A stretch of 64,000 nucleotides of DNA, taken from Azolla caroliniana (lineage: Eukaryota > Plantae > Polypodiophyta). A program made the translations under genes and the position numbers. Below the pieces are notes generated by a model. It was not told the origin of the DNA. It saw only the letters and a list, made by a program, of their open reading frames with translations, and ran no database searches. Shown piece after piece: positions 62,128 to 64,000 of the stretch (positions within the stretch are counted from its first letter, which is position 1; each line of letters begins with the position of its first letter). Location: positions 16,120,001 to 16,184,000 of the forward strand of contig JBHGNT010000004.1 of the NCBI GenBank assembly GCA_043228905.1, read 5' to 3'.

Positions 62128-63103
62128 CTTTTATCTTTAGATTTAAGAAGTTTTATCTTTAGATTCTATCTTTAGATTTAAGAAACAAGTTACATGATCA
62201 ATTCGAAAACGAATTTTCTTCTTCTTCATTTCATAACCAAAAGAGCCTAACCCTTCTTCTTTTTCATCCCTTCTTTTATAGATGCTCTCATGCATATGAT
62301 GCATGTGAGGGTACAAGACATGCATCAAAAGCATGTTTACCATTTGGCGCTCATGTATTACATGTGGTGCATGATAACCATGTCACTCATTTTAGCTCTC
62401 ATGTATAAGAATTTCCATGTAAAACTATAATGATAGAAATATAAATTCAACTAAATGTCATGGCTTAGTGGTAAGCCTACTGACTCTTAACTAGGAGGTG
62501 CAAGGTTCGAATCCTCACTTGCCCTCCTTGTGTATATGTATGTGATATATACTTATTTATTAATTTGGTCGCACGATTCCGCCGCCACCATTGTTGGCCC
62601 ATCGGATGCTGATACCGCTGGATCACTGGCTCTGTCGGATGCCGATTCTGCCAGGTCACCAACTCCACCACCGCCTCGCCGGGTCGCCGGCTCCGCCGCC
62701 GCACCGATCGCCGGTTACCGTCCAGTTCCATTTTGGTTGGCCAAAAACCTTTACGAGTGGTTAGGCCACCTCCACTCTTAGTTCAAGTTACCTTCAACTC
62801 TCTATGCTCAACACATAGACACAAAGATAATAGCTTTTGCTCTACCTTATATATGATGAGAGCCGTATTTGTCGTGCCTATGTGGGATATCTCACAGTTT
62901 TCTCTTTTCCTTTCACAAACTTTATACCCTCATATCTTGACATCTAGTTGTCCGTTTCTCGTGTAATAAAGTGCATTCGAAAGCTTTTGAAGACCTCCAT
63001 CATTTTGTACTTAGATACTTCACTATTATTGTTTTATGTGATTCATACTCGATTTTGTACGTTTTATGTGATTTTCACACCATTGCCGAAAATCTTCACG
63101 ACA
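62128..63103 (-). repeat. 5' LTR of E (PBS-proximal ~170 bp deleted)
   Basis: Matches 55500-56323. Confidence 0.88.
62454..62525 (+). other. tRNA-Lys(CTT)-like Pol III module in the 5' LTR of E
   Basis: A box TGGCTTAGTGG, D-stem GGCTT/AAGCC, loop CTCTTAA, B box GGTTCGAATCC; no acceptor stem. Confidence 0.65.
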
Positions 63104-64000
63104 ACGTAGAAGCGAAGACCAACGCAAATTGGCGTGCCGCAGTGGAGGAAGAGATGCGCGCATTGACAAAGAATGAAACCTGAGACCTAGTTGACGCACG
63201 GAAGGGTGTGAAGCCGATGAGATGTAGGTTGGTGTACAAGGTCAAGTACAACACCGACGGCTCGATCAACTGGTACAAGGCCCGGCTAGTAGCGAAAGGC
63301 CACGCGAAGAAGCACGGCGTGGACTACGACGAAACCTTCGTGCCTAACGCGAAGATGACTACCGTGCGTGTTCTGCTAGCCGTAGCAGCGGCGAAGGGGT
63401 GGCATTTACATCAGATGGATGTCAAAAATGCATTCATGCTAGGCGAGCTTGAGGAACAGGTGTACATGGTACAACCCCCCGGATTTCACTCCAAAATGAA
63501 CACTTCGGCAGTCTACCGATTGAAGAAGTCCCTTTACGAACTAAAGCAAGCCCCGCATGCTTGGAACGCAAAAATCACACAGCGATTGCGTCAGATGGGC
63601 TTTGCGACATCCAAATCGGACTCTTCACTATTCATTCGGCAAGGTCGCCTCGGGCCGGTTAGTAGTTTACTTTGTGTTGATGATTTGGCATCACCGGTGC
63701 CGACCTAGGTGAAATTGACCGCATAAAGCTCCACCTCGCTGCATCATTTGACATGTAGGACCTAGGGGACCTTCATTACTTCCTCGGGATCGAAGTGATC
63801 CGTATCCCCGAAGGCATCTTGATCAGCCAACGACATTACGTGCTGAGTATGCTCTTCAAGATCGAGATGCCAGGTTGTAAGTCTGTCTCAACTGCTCTGG
63901 ATAGAATCATCATGCTTCGTCTTGACTCCGGAAAGGTTGCCGACCCGAAGAGGTTCCGAAAGATTGTCGGAAGCCTCATCTACTTGACTATCACTCGACC
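63104..64000 (+). pseudogene. pol: RT of copia H, resumed after E and running off the window
   Basis: YKARLVAKG, LHQMDVKNAF, SLYELKQ and CVDDL. Confidence 0.92.

Larger units (their letters stand above)
55329..63103 (-). mobile_element. Full-length Ty3/gypsy element E (tRNA-Trp PBS)
   Basis: Two LTRs, PPT at 56324-56336, PBS at 62110-62127, flanks ACAT/ACGT. Confidence 0.94.

Noticed and set aside
62454-62525. Functional tRNA-Lys gene
   Set aside because: The acceptor stem is absent and the anticodon and T stems are imperfect; kept only as a tRNA-like module.

Overview
This window is almost entirely nested, decayed retrotransposon DNA and contains no recognisable host gene. The mix of lineages suggests a non-seed land plant, probably a bryophyte (inference). 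It holds three tRNA-Trp-primed Ty3/gypsy elements (A 1-6307, C 9277-16492, E 55329-63103; all minus strand) plus a solo LTR; three Athila-like gypsy pieces (B, F, I), two with a large extra ORF after pol; a Tcn1-like chromovirus (37312-48100); five Met-primed Ty1/copia elements of two families plus a fragment; and one non-L1 LINE. Nesting: A, C and the solo LTR sit in B; B and G sit in copia D1; D1 is in D2; D2 is in I; copia J is in Tcn1; Tcn1 is in the LINE; E is in copia H. The most notable signals concern the Trp-primed family: a conserved -1 frameshift cassette (G GAU UUU UAG plus a predicted H-type pseudoknot) placed after the protease, 4-bp target duplications that appear CpG-centred, and a tRNA-Lys-like Pol III module in the LTRs of E. 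The chromovirus has a Tf1-type self-priming site and a heat-shock-element array. All calls were made by eye, without database searches.
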